A stretch of 64,000 nucleotides of DNA, taken from positions 43,958,001-44,022,000 of the forward strand of contig OZ024754.1 of the NCBI GenBank assembly GCA_964016885.1, read 5' to 3'. The notes under the pieces are model-generated. The model worked only from the letters and a program-made list of their open reading frames with translations. It did not search any database and was not told where the DNA came from. This document shows, piece after piece, positions 52,678 to 64,000 of the stretch (positions are counted from its first letter, which is position 1; every line of letters starts with the position of its first letter). The translations under genes and the position numbers were made by a program. Source of the stretch: Eledone cirrhosa. Lineage: Eukaryota.

Positions 52678-54350
52678 AGATGGTGTGGTCTTACAGGTGT
52701 TAGAGGACAAGAGGGGAGGGTTTCAAGTACAGAGATGGTGTGGTCTTACAGGTGTTAGAGGACAAGAGGGGAGGGTTTCAAGTACAGAGATGGTGTGGTC
52801 TTACAGAAGAAGAAGGGAGGGTTTCCAATGTAGAGATGATGTGGCCTTACAGGTCATACAGTAGAGGAGGGGAGGTCTCAAATGTAGAGATGATGTGGCC
52901 TTACAGGTCATACAGTAGAGGGGGGGAGGTCTCAAATGTAGAGATGGTGTGGTCTTACAGGTCATAGAGTAGAGGAGGGGAGGTCTCAAATGCAGAGATG
53001 GTGTGGCCTTACAGGTCATAGAGTAGAGGAGGGGAGGTCTCAAATGTAGAGATGGTGTGGCCTTACAGGTCATACAGTAGAGGAGGGGAGGTCTCAAATG
53101 TAGAGATGGTGTGGCCTTACAGGTCATAGAGTAGAGGAGGGGAGGTCTCAAATGTAGAGATGGTGTGGCCTTACAGGTCATACAGTAGAGGAGGGGAGGT
53201 CTCAAATGTAGAGATGATGTGGCCTTACAGGTCATACAGTAGAGGAGGGGAGGTCTCAAATGTAGAGATGATGTGGCCTTACAGGTCATACAGTAGAGGA
53301 GAGGAGGTCTCAAATGTAGAGATGGTGTGGCCTTACAGGTCATAGAGTAGAGGAGGGGAGGGTTTCCAATGTAGAGATGGTGTGGCCTTACAGGTCATAG
53401 AGTAGAGGAGGGGAGGTCTCAAATGTAGAGATGATGTGGCCTTACAGGTCATACAGTAGAGGAGGGGAGGTCTCAAATGTAGAGATGGTGTGGTCTTACA
53501 GGTCATAGAGTAGAGGAGGGGAGGTCTCAAATGTAGAGATGGTGTGGCCTTACAGGTCATAGAGTAGAGGAGGGGAGGTCTCAAATGCAGAGATGGTGTG
53601 GCCTTACAGGTCATAGAGTAGAGGGGGGGAGGTCTCAAATGCAGAGATGATGTGGCCTTACAGGTCATAGAGTAGAGGAGGGGAGGTCTCAAATGTAGAG
53701 ATGATGTGGCCTTACAGGTCATAGAGTAGAGGAGGGGAGGTCTCAAATGTAGAGATGATGTGGCCTTACAGGTCATACAGTAGAGGAGGGGAGGTCTCAA
53801 ATGTAGAGATGGTGTGGTCTTACAGGTCATACAGTAGAGGAGGGGAGGTCTCAAATGCAGAGATGGTGTGGCCTTACAGGTCATACAGTAGAGGAGGGGA
53901 GGTCTCAAATGTAGAGATGGTGTGGCCTTACAGGTCATAGAGTAGAGGAGGGGAGGTCTCAAATGTAGAGATGATGTGGCCTTACAGGTCATACAGTAGA
54001 GGAGGGGAGGTCTCAAATGTAGAGATGGTGTGGCCTTACAGGTCATAGAGTAGAGGAGGGGAGGTCTCAAATGTAGAGATGATGTGGCCTTACAGGTCAT
54101 ACAGTAGAGGAGGGGAGGTCTCAAATGTAGAGATGGTGTGGCCTTACAGGTCATACAGTAGAGGAGAGGAGGTCTCAAATGTAGAGATGATGTGGCCTTA
54201 CAGGTCATAGAGTAGAGGAGGGGAGGTCTCAAATGTAGAGATGATGTGGCCTTACAGGTCATAGAGTAGAGGAGGGGAGGTCTCAAATGTAGAGATGATG
54301 TGGCCTTACAGGTCATAGAGTAGAGGAGGGGAGGTCTCAAATGTAGAGAG
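52678..54350. repeat. 54-bp minisatellite, ~30 copies
   Basis: Unit GTAGAGGAGGGGAGGTCTCAAATGTAGAGATG(A/G)TGTGGCCTTACAGGTCATA(C/G)A. Confidence 0.96.
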
Positions 54351-54632
54351 TATAAAATGAAACAAGAAAACAGGAAAGAAAAGAAGAGAAAAAGGAAAAG
54401 CTCAACAATATTATAGGTTTTCTATTGTAGAGCATTTTGAAGATAGGGAGTTATAAAAAAGGATATACATACATATATACATACACCCACACATACATTC
54501 ATACATACATACACCCACACATACATACATACATACATACATCCGTGTAAACAGGCGAAACTCCAAACTAATAAACTCACTATTTAGCCTTATTAAAATG
54601 AATGCACACACACACACACACACACACGTATG

Positions 54633-54677
<45 letters not shown>

Positions 54678-54758
54678 AAATTCAAAGTCACTACCACCAT
54701 TTTCTACAGAAAATAAATAAATAAATAAATAATTGAATAGTTATGTATATATACAGAG

Positions 54759-54793
<35 letters not shown>

Positions 54794-55208
54794 TGGGGGG
54801 AACATACCAAATTATTTGTCAGCAGATAGAAGTTGTTTGATGTTGATGTCAATGATGACATTGATGATGATGATGTTGGTGAGGGAGAGAGAGAGAGAGA
54901 GAGGAAAACATGGACAATACCAGAATATAGATTATTGGTTGCAAATTGTAAGTTTTGCAAGAATTGATCTTCTGTGGAAATCAAAGTCGAAACAGATGAT
55001 GGTGGAATGATAGATCACCTAAAATGGTGTGTTTCAAAGTTCTGACTGGCAGCAATGACAGAGCTGTTCTTTAAATTTGAAGATTTGGCGAAGGGTTGGA
55101 GGGTTTTATAATTAAATTCTTTCTAGAAGTTTCTGTGCAAATACAGAGTTGGTAGGTGAGGAGTCTTCTGTCGATTGCATAATGTTTGGCTTGTGAAGTT
55201 TGATCTGT

Positions 55209-58200
55209 TCAAGTGCTGTATTTATGGAACAAACTCAGGGCTTTGTTCACTAAAACATCACCACTATTGACTGAGATCTGAAATAAATACAAAACAAAAG
55301 CAATAAAGGATACACATATATACAAACATTGCCATAACAAAAAACACCTAGTCCACCCTGTAAGGTGGTAGTGCTGGTGTCATGGCCAAAAGCACCTAGT
55401 CCACTCTGTAAGGTGGTAGTGCTGGTGTCATGGCCAAAAGCACCTAGTCCACTCTGTAAGGTGGTAGTGCTGGTGTCATGGCCAAAAGCACCTAGTCCAC
55501 TCTGTAAGGTGGTAGTGCTGGTGACATGACAAAAAGCACCCAGTCCACCCTGTAAGGTGGTAGTGCTGGTGACATGACAAAAAGCACCCAGTCCAGCCTG
55601 TATGATGGTAGTGCTGGTGTCATGACAAAAAGCACCCAGTCCACCCTGTAAGGTGGTAGTGCTGGTGTCATGGCCAAAAGCACCTAGTCCACTCTGTAAG
55701 GTGGTAGTGCTGGTGTCATGGCCAAAAGCACCTAGTCCGCTCTGTAAGATGGTAGTGCTGGTGACATGACAAAAAGCACCCAGTCCAGCCTGTATGATGG
55801 TAGTGCTGGTGTCATGACAAAAAGCACCCAGTCCACCCTGTAAGGTGGTAGTGCTGGTGCAAAGTTAATAGAAAATTTCCAGAGGCAACAATAATAAACA
55901 CACACAAACATACACACACACACTACACACTCACACAGAGAGACACTACACACACAGATACATCCAGACATCACACACATACACACAGACACGTTTTTCA
56001 ACTCCGAGAAAAAACCCTAAAAATCTAAAATAAATCCAGTTTCTTACTTTTTTGAAATATTCCGAAGCTTCTTGGGAGTTTTTCATATTTAGTAACTGTT
56101 GTTGGAATATAATGAAGATAGAAACAGCAACGTACACTAGGACCACACATCGACCACCGATTACTTTGTCCCAGATCCTGTTGAATGGTATAGAGATAAG
56201 GATGTGTTGAGGGTGGAATGGTGAAGAGAAATATAGGAGTGTGTTGAGGGTATATTGAGGAAGGTAAAGATAAATATAGGGGTGTGTTGAGGGTAGAACA
56301 AAATATATATCTCATTGCAAACTTAGTTAAATAAAATGTTAAGCTCCCATCTAGCTAAAATTACAATCCATGTTTGAATTTTCTGTTTAAAGTCGTTTCA
56401 CTTCACAGACACTGTTAATTCCCCAGAGAAAGGTATAAACATCACAAATTCCCATTGCAATAAAATCCAAAGATCTTGTATCTAATTTAAAAATCAATAT
56501 TAAATTTGAATAATTTCGATTGTTGCAGATATTATTATCATAAAATTTACTTCTGTAGCTGTAACCTTGTTAGTGTTTGTGATGAAAGGAAGCTTTATTT
56601 TAACCCTTTAGCATTTAAACCGGCCGTATCCAACTAGAATTCTCTCACCTCTTGCTGTTCAAACCAGCCATAACTTATATTAAGGTATTGTTCTCAAAAT
56701 AAATAACATCAAAATCTTGTAGATCAATTATATGAGATAATTATGTAAGATAAAGACTTTACCACAAAAATACAATAGTAAATTTAAATGCTAAAGGGTT
56801 AATGAAGAAATAATCAACCTACCGTTCAAATGAAGACTCTGGTAAAACTTCAGCAAAACATGACTGGAACCATTCTGCTAATGGAATAGCAATACTCTGC
56901 TCTTGTAATAATTCACACAGCTTAGGGTTGGCTTTTTCGAGTTTTAAGTAATCTAAAACTGCATCAGGCTGCAAAGAACCAACTTTAACCCTTTAGTTAA
57001 ATTCCAAACACTAGGTTCATACTGAGAAACTTAGTAATCTTACTTCACTATTTAAAAATTATTCAAAACACATAGATAGTGTCTTTCATTAGAAATATGG
57101 TAACGAAAGGGTTAATGACATAGACAGTGTCTTTTATTAGAAATATGGTAACGAAAGGGTTAATGACATAGACAGTGTCTTTCATTAGAAATATGGTAAT
57201 GAAAGGGTTAATGACATAGACAGTGTCTTTTATTAGAAATATGGTAACGAAAGGGTTAATGACATAGACAGTGTCTTTCATTAGAAATATGGTAATGAAA
57301 GGGTTAATGACATAGACAGTGTCTTTTATTAGAAATATGGTCACGAAAGGGTTAATGACATAGACAGTGTCTTTCATTAGAAATATGGTAATGAAAGGGT
57401 TAAAGACATAGACAGTGTCTTTTATTAGAAATATGGTAATGAAAGGGTTAAACACGAAGGCCTTTGTGTTTAACAAACTTATATATTTTTTGTAGATATT
57501 TTCTACTCTATATTTTCTAGGATGTTAAAAGTCAGATGAATCTTACCAGTAATTCTAATTGGTCCGTAGATTTCTGGATATGTCGATAAAACTGTGCTGT
57601 TATCCAAAACTGATCTATCGGATCATTTGTTAAATTAATCACAGCAGAGGACATGGCACAAAATGTTCGGTTTTGCAATGGAATCATCTAGAAACAACAA
57701 ACAATACAAATAATTAGAAATTATTTCAAAGAGACACATCAATACTGCACCATGTTCACTCTGTATAATCACAGATACCCACTTTATCACACTACATGGC
57801 CTACAGTATGTTATCATCTAGAAACAACAAACAATACAAATAATTAGAAATTATTTCAAATTGACGATATCGGTAGGGACACCTTGCTTTGCAGCATAGA
57901 GTTATGGCCTTTTACTTTCTTTAACCCGCTGCAGTTAACTTTGCCTTTCATCCTTACGGGGTCGATAAAAAAAGTGTGTCAATTTTGTTTTAGTTCAGTA
58001 ATTTCCCACAGCAGGAAGGGAGTCTTAATGTTTTGGACAATAGTCCTTCATCAGAAAATGGTAGAGTTAGAAATAGAAGATAAATAGAAATAAAAGAGTG
58101 AGAAGAAGGAACAGGAAAAAATTGTGGGAAAAAAAGAGGAAGTAGAAAACCATGTATGTGTATTAAGTCAGACATTAAGGAAACTATTTACCAGATTTTT

Positions 58201-58376
58201 GTCTTCCAAAGGCAAAAGGTTTTCATTCAACAAATGCATTTTCAGGTACACTTCCGGTAATGGGGTCGAATCATCCACCCTTTCCATTACTTTCAAAGCA
58301 TCAAAGAGATTTGTGTAGGTTTGTCTTCGAGCATCCTGGGCATATTTATGAAGGGATCGTTCTGCTGGCCACACAC
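55209..58376 (-). CDS. TBC1D7: TBC1 domain family member 7 (TSC complex subunit), last 5 coding exons; N-terminal exon(s) not found in the window
   Basis: Exons 58376-58192 (GVWPAERS..LFDALKVM..TPLPEVYLKMHLL), 57687-57547 (..DPIDQFWIT..), 56968-56823 (..WFQSCFAEVLPESSFER), 56177-56048 (IWDKVIGGRCVVLVYVAVSI..), 55277-55209 (ISVNSGDVLVNKALSLFHKYST*). These match the TBC1D7 signature (WF..CFA..LPESS..R.WDKV..G). Phases are consistent. Confidence 0.9.
55340..55860. repeat. 48-bp SINE-derived minisatellite, ~11 copies (TBC1D7 intron)
   Basis: Unit CCTAGTCCACTCTGTAAGGTGGTAGTGCTGGTGTCATGGCCAAAAGCA. Confidence 0.92.
57068..57452. repeat. 48-bp minisatellite, 8 copies; the same unit occurs at 2371-2475
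   Basis: Unit GACATAGACAGTGTCTTT(C/T)ATTAGAAATATGGTAA(C/T)GAAAGGGTTAAT. Confidence 0.93.
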
Positions 58377-58627
58377 CTACAATTAACAATCATAAAACAC
58401 AATATTATCATCATAAACATTATTTAAATCAATATCTATGTTAAGATTAAAAAAAATGTAATAAAAACTGAATAGAAATAACTATTTATACTCAATGTAT
58501 CTTAAAACTATTTTAGTTGTGGTTAACCCTTTTGATAGCAACCTACCTCAGATGACCTCTCATTCCATGTCACAGATCTCTCTCTCTATGTTTTGATACC
58601 AACATACCCACCCCACAGCTCCACCCT

Positions 58628-59340
58628 CCCTCCTCTCACCACACTGATGATGGCGGGGGGTGGCGGCGGTGGTACTACGGCAGAGACGGAATCCCACCCC
58701 ACCCCTCCTCTCACCACACTGATGATGGCGGGGGGTGGCGGCGGTGGTACTACGGCAGAGACGGAATCCCACCCCACCCCTCCTCTCACCACACTGATGA
58801 TGGCGGGGGGGTGGCGGCGGTGGTACTACGGCAGAGACGGAATCCCACCCCACCCCTCCTCTCACCACAGTGATGATGGCGGGGGTGGCGGCGGTGGTAC
58901 TACGGCAGAGACGGAATCCCACCCCACCCCTCCTCTCACCACAGTGATGATGGCGGGGGTGGCGGCGGTGGTACTACGGCAGAGACGGAATCCCACCCCA
59001 CCCCTCCTCTCACCACAGTGATGATGGCGGGGGTGGCGGCGGTGGTACTACGGCAGAGACGGAATCCCACCCCACCCCTCCTCTCACCACAGTGATGATG
59101 GCGGGGGGTGGCGGCGGTGGTACTACGGCAGAGACGGAATCCCACCCCACCCCTCCTCTCACCACAGTGATGATGGCGGGGGGTGGCGGCGGTGGTACTA
59201 CGGCAGAGACGGAATCCCACCCCACCCCTCCTCTCACCACAGTGATGATGGCGGGGGGTGGCGGCGGTGGTACTACGGCAGAGACGGAATCCCACCCCAC
59301 CCCTCCTCTCACCACAGTGATGATGGCGGGGGGGGGGGGT
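58628..59340. repeat. ~75-bp GC-rich minisatellite, ~9 copies
   Basis: Unit CCTCTCACCACAGTGATGATGGCGGGGGGTGGCGGCGGTGGTACTACGGCAGAGACGGAATCCCACCCCACCCCT. Confidence 0.95.
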
Positions 59341-59444
59341 GCTAGGTTGTTTACTGAAGCAGTTCTGATAACAGATTCAGTTGTGAGATCGATAGTGTGG
59401 CAGGAAACACTTCCGATGAAGATATTCTGAGAGCCTCATCACTA

Positions 59445-62090
59445 TCTACACCACCACCACCACCAACACCACCACCACTGACTACACCACCACCACCACT
59501 AACACCACTGACTACACCACCACCACCACTAACACCACTGACTACACCACCACCACCACTAACACCACTGACTACACCACCACCAACACCACTGACTACA
59601 CCACCACCACCACCACCACTGACTACACCACCACCACCACCACCACCACTGACTACACCACCACCACCACCACTATCTACACCACCACCACTAACACCAC
59701 TGACTACACCACCACCACCACTAACACCACTGACTACACCACCACCACCACCACTAACACCACTGACTACACCACCACCACCACTAACACCATCGACATC
59801 ACCGTGACGGCAATCGTCATCGCCTTCCCCACCATCTTGACGACCACTGACAATCATAACACATTCACTATCACCATCATGATGACCACTACACCATCGC
59901 CACCACGACCACCTTCATCACAACTACGCCATCACCACCATCATCACTACACCATCGCCACCACGACCACCTTCATCACAACTACGCCATCACCACCATC
60001 ATCACTACACCATCGCCACCACGACCACCTTCATCACAACTACGACACCACCACCATCATCACTACGCTATCGACACCACCACCACAACTACGACACCAC
60101 CACCATCATCACTACGCTATCGACACCACCACCACCATCACAACTACGACACCACCACCATCATCACTACGCTATCGACACCACCACCACCATCACTACG
60201 CTATCGACACCACCACCATCATCACTACGCTATCGACACCATCACCACAACAACAACACCGTAACGACATCTTTTATAACGAGAAACAACAAACACCATC
60301 ACCAGATTGTCTTAACAATACCATCACCATGAACACCATAATAATAAAAATAACAACGCCACCACCAGACTGTCCACTCCACCACCTCCACCACCAGACT
60401 GTCCACTCCACCACCTCCACCACCAGACAGTCCACTCCATCCCCTCCGTCACCAGACTGTCCACTCCACCACCTCCACCACCAGACAGTCCACTCCACCA
60501 CCTCCACCACCAGACAGTCCACTCCATCCCCTCCGTCACCAGACTGTCCACTCCACCATCTCCACCACCAGACAGTCCACTCCACCACCTCCACCACCAG
60601 ACAGTCCACTCCACCATCTCCACCACCAGACAGTCCACTCCATCCCCTCCGTCACCAGACTGTCCACTCCACCACCTCCACCACCAGACAGTCCACTCCA
60701 CCACCTCCACCACCAGACAGTCCACTCCACCATCTCCACCACCAGACCGCCCACTCCACCATCTCCACCACCAGACAGTCCACTCCACCACCTCCACCAC
60801 CAGACAGTCCACTCCACCACCTCCACCACCAGACAGTCCACTCCACCACCTCCACCACCAGACAGTCCACTCCACCATCTCCACCACCAGACCGCCCACT
60901 CCACCACCACCACCACACAGCCCCCCCCCCCATCATACACTCTACACCATCAAAACAATAACATAAACATCACTAACATTACTATAACAACACAGAGTCT
61001 GACCTGCTAGAAATAGCAGTCAAATATTCCTCGAATCACGGTATACTATCATTTAAAATGGAATAATACCTTGGATTACTAACAACACCAACAATATTAA
61101 CACTACTACAACACCACAACACCACTACCACTACAACACTACCACCACCACTACAATACTACCACCACAACACCACTACCACCACCACTACAATACTACC
61201 ACCACAACACCACTACCACCATAACACCACAACACCACTACCACTACAACACTACCACCACCACTACAATACTACCACCACAACACCACTACCACAATAC
61301 TACCACCACAACACCACTACCACCATAACACCACCACAACACCACTACAACACTACCACCACCACTACAATACTACCACCACAACACCACTACCACCACC
61401 ACAACACTACAACACTACCACCACCACTACAATACTACCACAACACCACTACCACCATAACACCACAACACCACTACAACACTACCACCATAACACCACC
61501 ACCACCACAACAACACTACCACCACCACTACAATACTACCACCATAACACCACTACCACCATAACACCACCACCACCACCACAACACCACTACAACACTA
61601 CCACCACCACTACAATACTACCACAACACCACTACCACCATAACACCACAACACCACTACAACACTACCACCACAACACGACTACTACCATAACACCACC
61701 ACCACAACACCACTACAACACTACCACCACAACACCACTACTACCATAACACCACAACACTACCACCACCACTACAATACTACCACCACAACACCACTAC
61801 CACCATAACACCACCACCACCACAACAACACTACAATACTACCACACCACTACCACCACCACTACAATACTACCACACCACTACCACCACCACAACCACT
61901 ACAACACTACCACCACCACTACAATACTACCACCACAACACCACTACCACCATAACACCACCACCACCACAACAACACTACAATACTACCACACCACTAC
62001 CACCACCACTACAATACTACCACACCACTACCACCACCACAACCACTACAACACTACCACCACCACTACAATACTACCACCACAACATCA
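59445..62090. repeat. Compound (CAC/CAA/TAC)-rich low-complexity and short tandem arrays
   Basis: ACCACCACT, CCACCACCAGACAGTCCACT and ACAACACCACTACC units. Confidence 0.93.
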
Positions 62091-62379
62091 CCCTTCTTCC
62101 AAAATGACATAACACCAGAAATGACAAATAAAAGAAATTCTCTAAATTCTTCATTATTATTATTAATCGGTAGAGCGTCAGACACCATGCTTAGAGTTAC
62201 GGCCCTTTATGACCCGAGTTCAAATCCCGCCGAGGTTAGCTTTGCCTTTCATCCTTACGTGGGGGTCAATAAAATAAAGTACCAGTAATGCACTGAGATC
62301 GATTTAATCGACTTTCCCTCCACCAATATTATATTGTGCCTGAATCAGAAATAATTATTAGTCCTATATTAATTGCAGG

Positions 62380-62662
62380 TCATTACTGCATTACTGAGCA
62401 CAGCTGTATGAGCCTTGGTGATGTGCAGTGTCATTTGTGGTGGTGTTGTTTCTATTATGTTTAGAGTACTCTTCTTAATATGTTTGTAGTGCCTAGTAGT
62501 GCTATCTTTGTGTATGTTGTATATATGTGTAAGTCCTGGGGTTTGGGCTATGTATCTGTCTGTGTTTTTGCCATTGCCTCAACACCTATAATTACAGGTA
62601 TTGCTTCTGTCTTCATCATCCACATTCCGGTTATCTCTATCTCTAGATCGTTATATTTGGAT
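62380..62662 (-). mobile_element. R4/Dong-like RLE non-LTR retrotransposon C-terminal remnant
   Basis: SKYNDLEIEITGMWMMKTEAIPVIIG..(stop)..KIALLGTTNILRRVL*. Confidence 0.65.
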
Positions 62663-63373
62663 TAAACATATTAATATTATTATGTATAATACGGCCCTTT
62701 ATTATCTGAGTTCAAATCCCGCCGAGGTTGACTTTGCCTTTCATCCTTACGGGGTCGATAAAATAAAGTACCAGTAATACACTGGGATAATTGCTGGCCT
62801 TGTGCCAAAAGTAGAAACAATTATATATGTATAATAATTGTTTCTACTTTTGGCACAAGGCCAGCAACTACCCAGTACATTACTGGTACTTTATATGTAT
62901 AATAATGGTTTCTGATTTAGACACAGGGCCAACAATTTTTTTTGGGGGGGAGGAGGGAGGGGAAATTCGATTAAATCAACCCCAGTGCATTACTGATATT
63001 TTATTTCATCCTTAAAAGGTCGATAAAATAAAGTACCAGTAATGCACTGGGGGATTCTAATCGACTGTTCCACCCCCTCAAAAAAAAAAAAAAAAAAATT
63101 GTTAGCATTATACCTAAATCAGAAACCTTAAATATTATGTATAAACCGATACTGTGCCGTCATCGATCTTTATGTTACCCTTGTGGTTAATAAAGAAATC
63201 ACTATGATTATTATGTGTCTCTATAGATAGTATCGATCACACTTTTTTTACACGACGTAAATAACTGCCCTCCCACTCCCACTGATTGCTTTTTTCTTCT
63301 TTTTTTGGTTTCCCTTTCAATTTCACCTTCGTAGTATTAAAATTTGCTTTAACGATGCACATATACACCACCC

Positions 63374-63496
<123 letters not shown>

Positions 63497-63505
63497 TGTG
63501 TGTGT

Positions 63506-63557
<52 letters not shown>

Positions 63558-64000
63558 TCCAATAATCAGTGTTGTTGATCCAAGTAATCTACAGCAACTG
63601 CGGTGTAATCCACACTAACTACTCTACGCCATGGATATATCGTAAGGTAACACGTATAAGGTATCAGACGTAGTAGCAATATTAAGAGATGCTTTCACGT
63701 ATTTAACTCCACTTTATTAAAATAATATTGTATCAAACACTTGAAGTGGAATATGTGAAACCATCTCCCTTCTTTTCTTAATAAAAACACATATATATAA
63801 TGTATATATATGTATATATATATATATATATACATATATTTGAATTTAAAAAAATATATATATATAATGTATATATGTGTATATATATATATACTGTATT
63901 ATGAAGAGCTCGGTACTTATTCCTTGAGCTCATTAAATTACAAGGGATTAACGCGAACCTTTAACTCCGTTTTTTCATTTTATATATATATATATATATA

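Noticed and set aside
52801-54340. 180 and 335 aa ORFs with 18-aa repeats
   Set aside because: Read-through of the 54-bp minisatellite.
55070-55211. TGA read-through or selenocysteine at the TBC1D7 stop
   Set aside because: The stop falls about where orthologues end; the downstream frame is unrecognisable and I see no SECIS evidence.
58560-60961. Pro/Thr/His/Gly-rich ORFs up to 385 aa (mucin- or extensin-like)
   Set aside because: Low-complexity CAC arrays and a 75-bp minisatellite inside a TBC1D7 intron; open in several frames on both strands.

Overview
AT-rich, repeat-dense animal genomic DNA. The SINE/MITE families, microsatellite load and intron-rich genes resemble an octopus or other coleoid cephalopod (inference). 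I reconstructed four spliced genes by hand using GT-AG junctions and phase continuity: the 3' part of ERLEC1/XTP3-B (+, 544-8095), complete TRMT61A (-, 13578-9527, with an 11x8-aa repeat insertion), complete ASPG/60-kDa lysophospholipase (+, 23347-44052, 14 coding exons, 597 aa) and the 3' part of TBC1D7 (-, 58376-55209). Introns and spacers hold tRNA-derived SINEs, piggyBac/Tc1-mariner/hAT-type MITEs, CR1/RTE/RLE LINE remnants and many minisatellites. The strongest unexplained signal is a set of 150-500 bp fold-back elements, mostly in or next to (TA)n tracts, whose arms carry type I hammerhead ribozyme motifs. Two look intact (14402-14472 with a mirror copy at 14144-14214, and 41433-41476), and they resemble Penelope-like pLTR/retrozyme remnants. 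A second recurring oddity is local duplication of real splice sites in three of the four genes. Most ORF-track entries are repeat artefacts.
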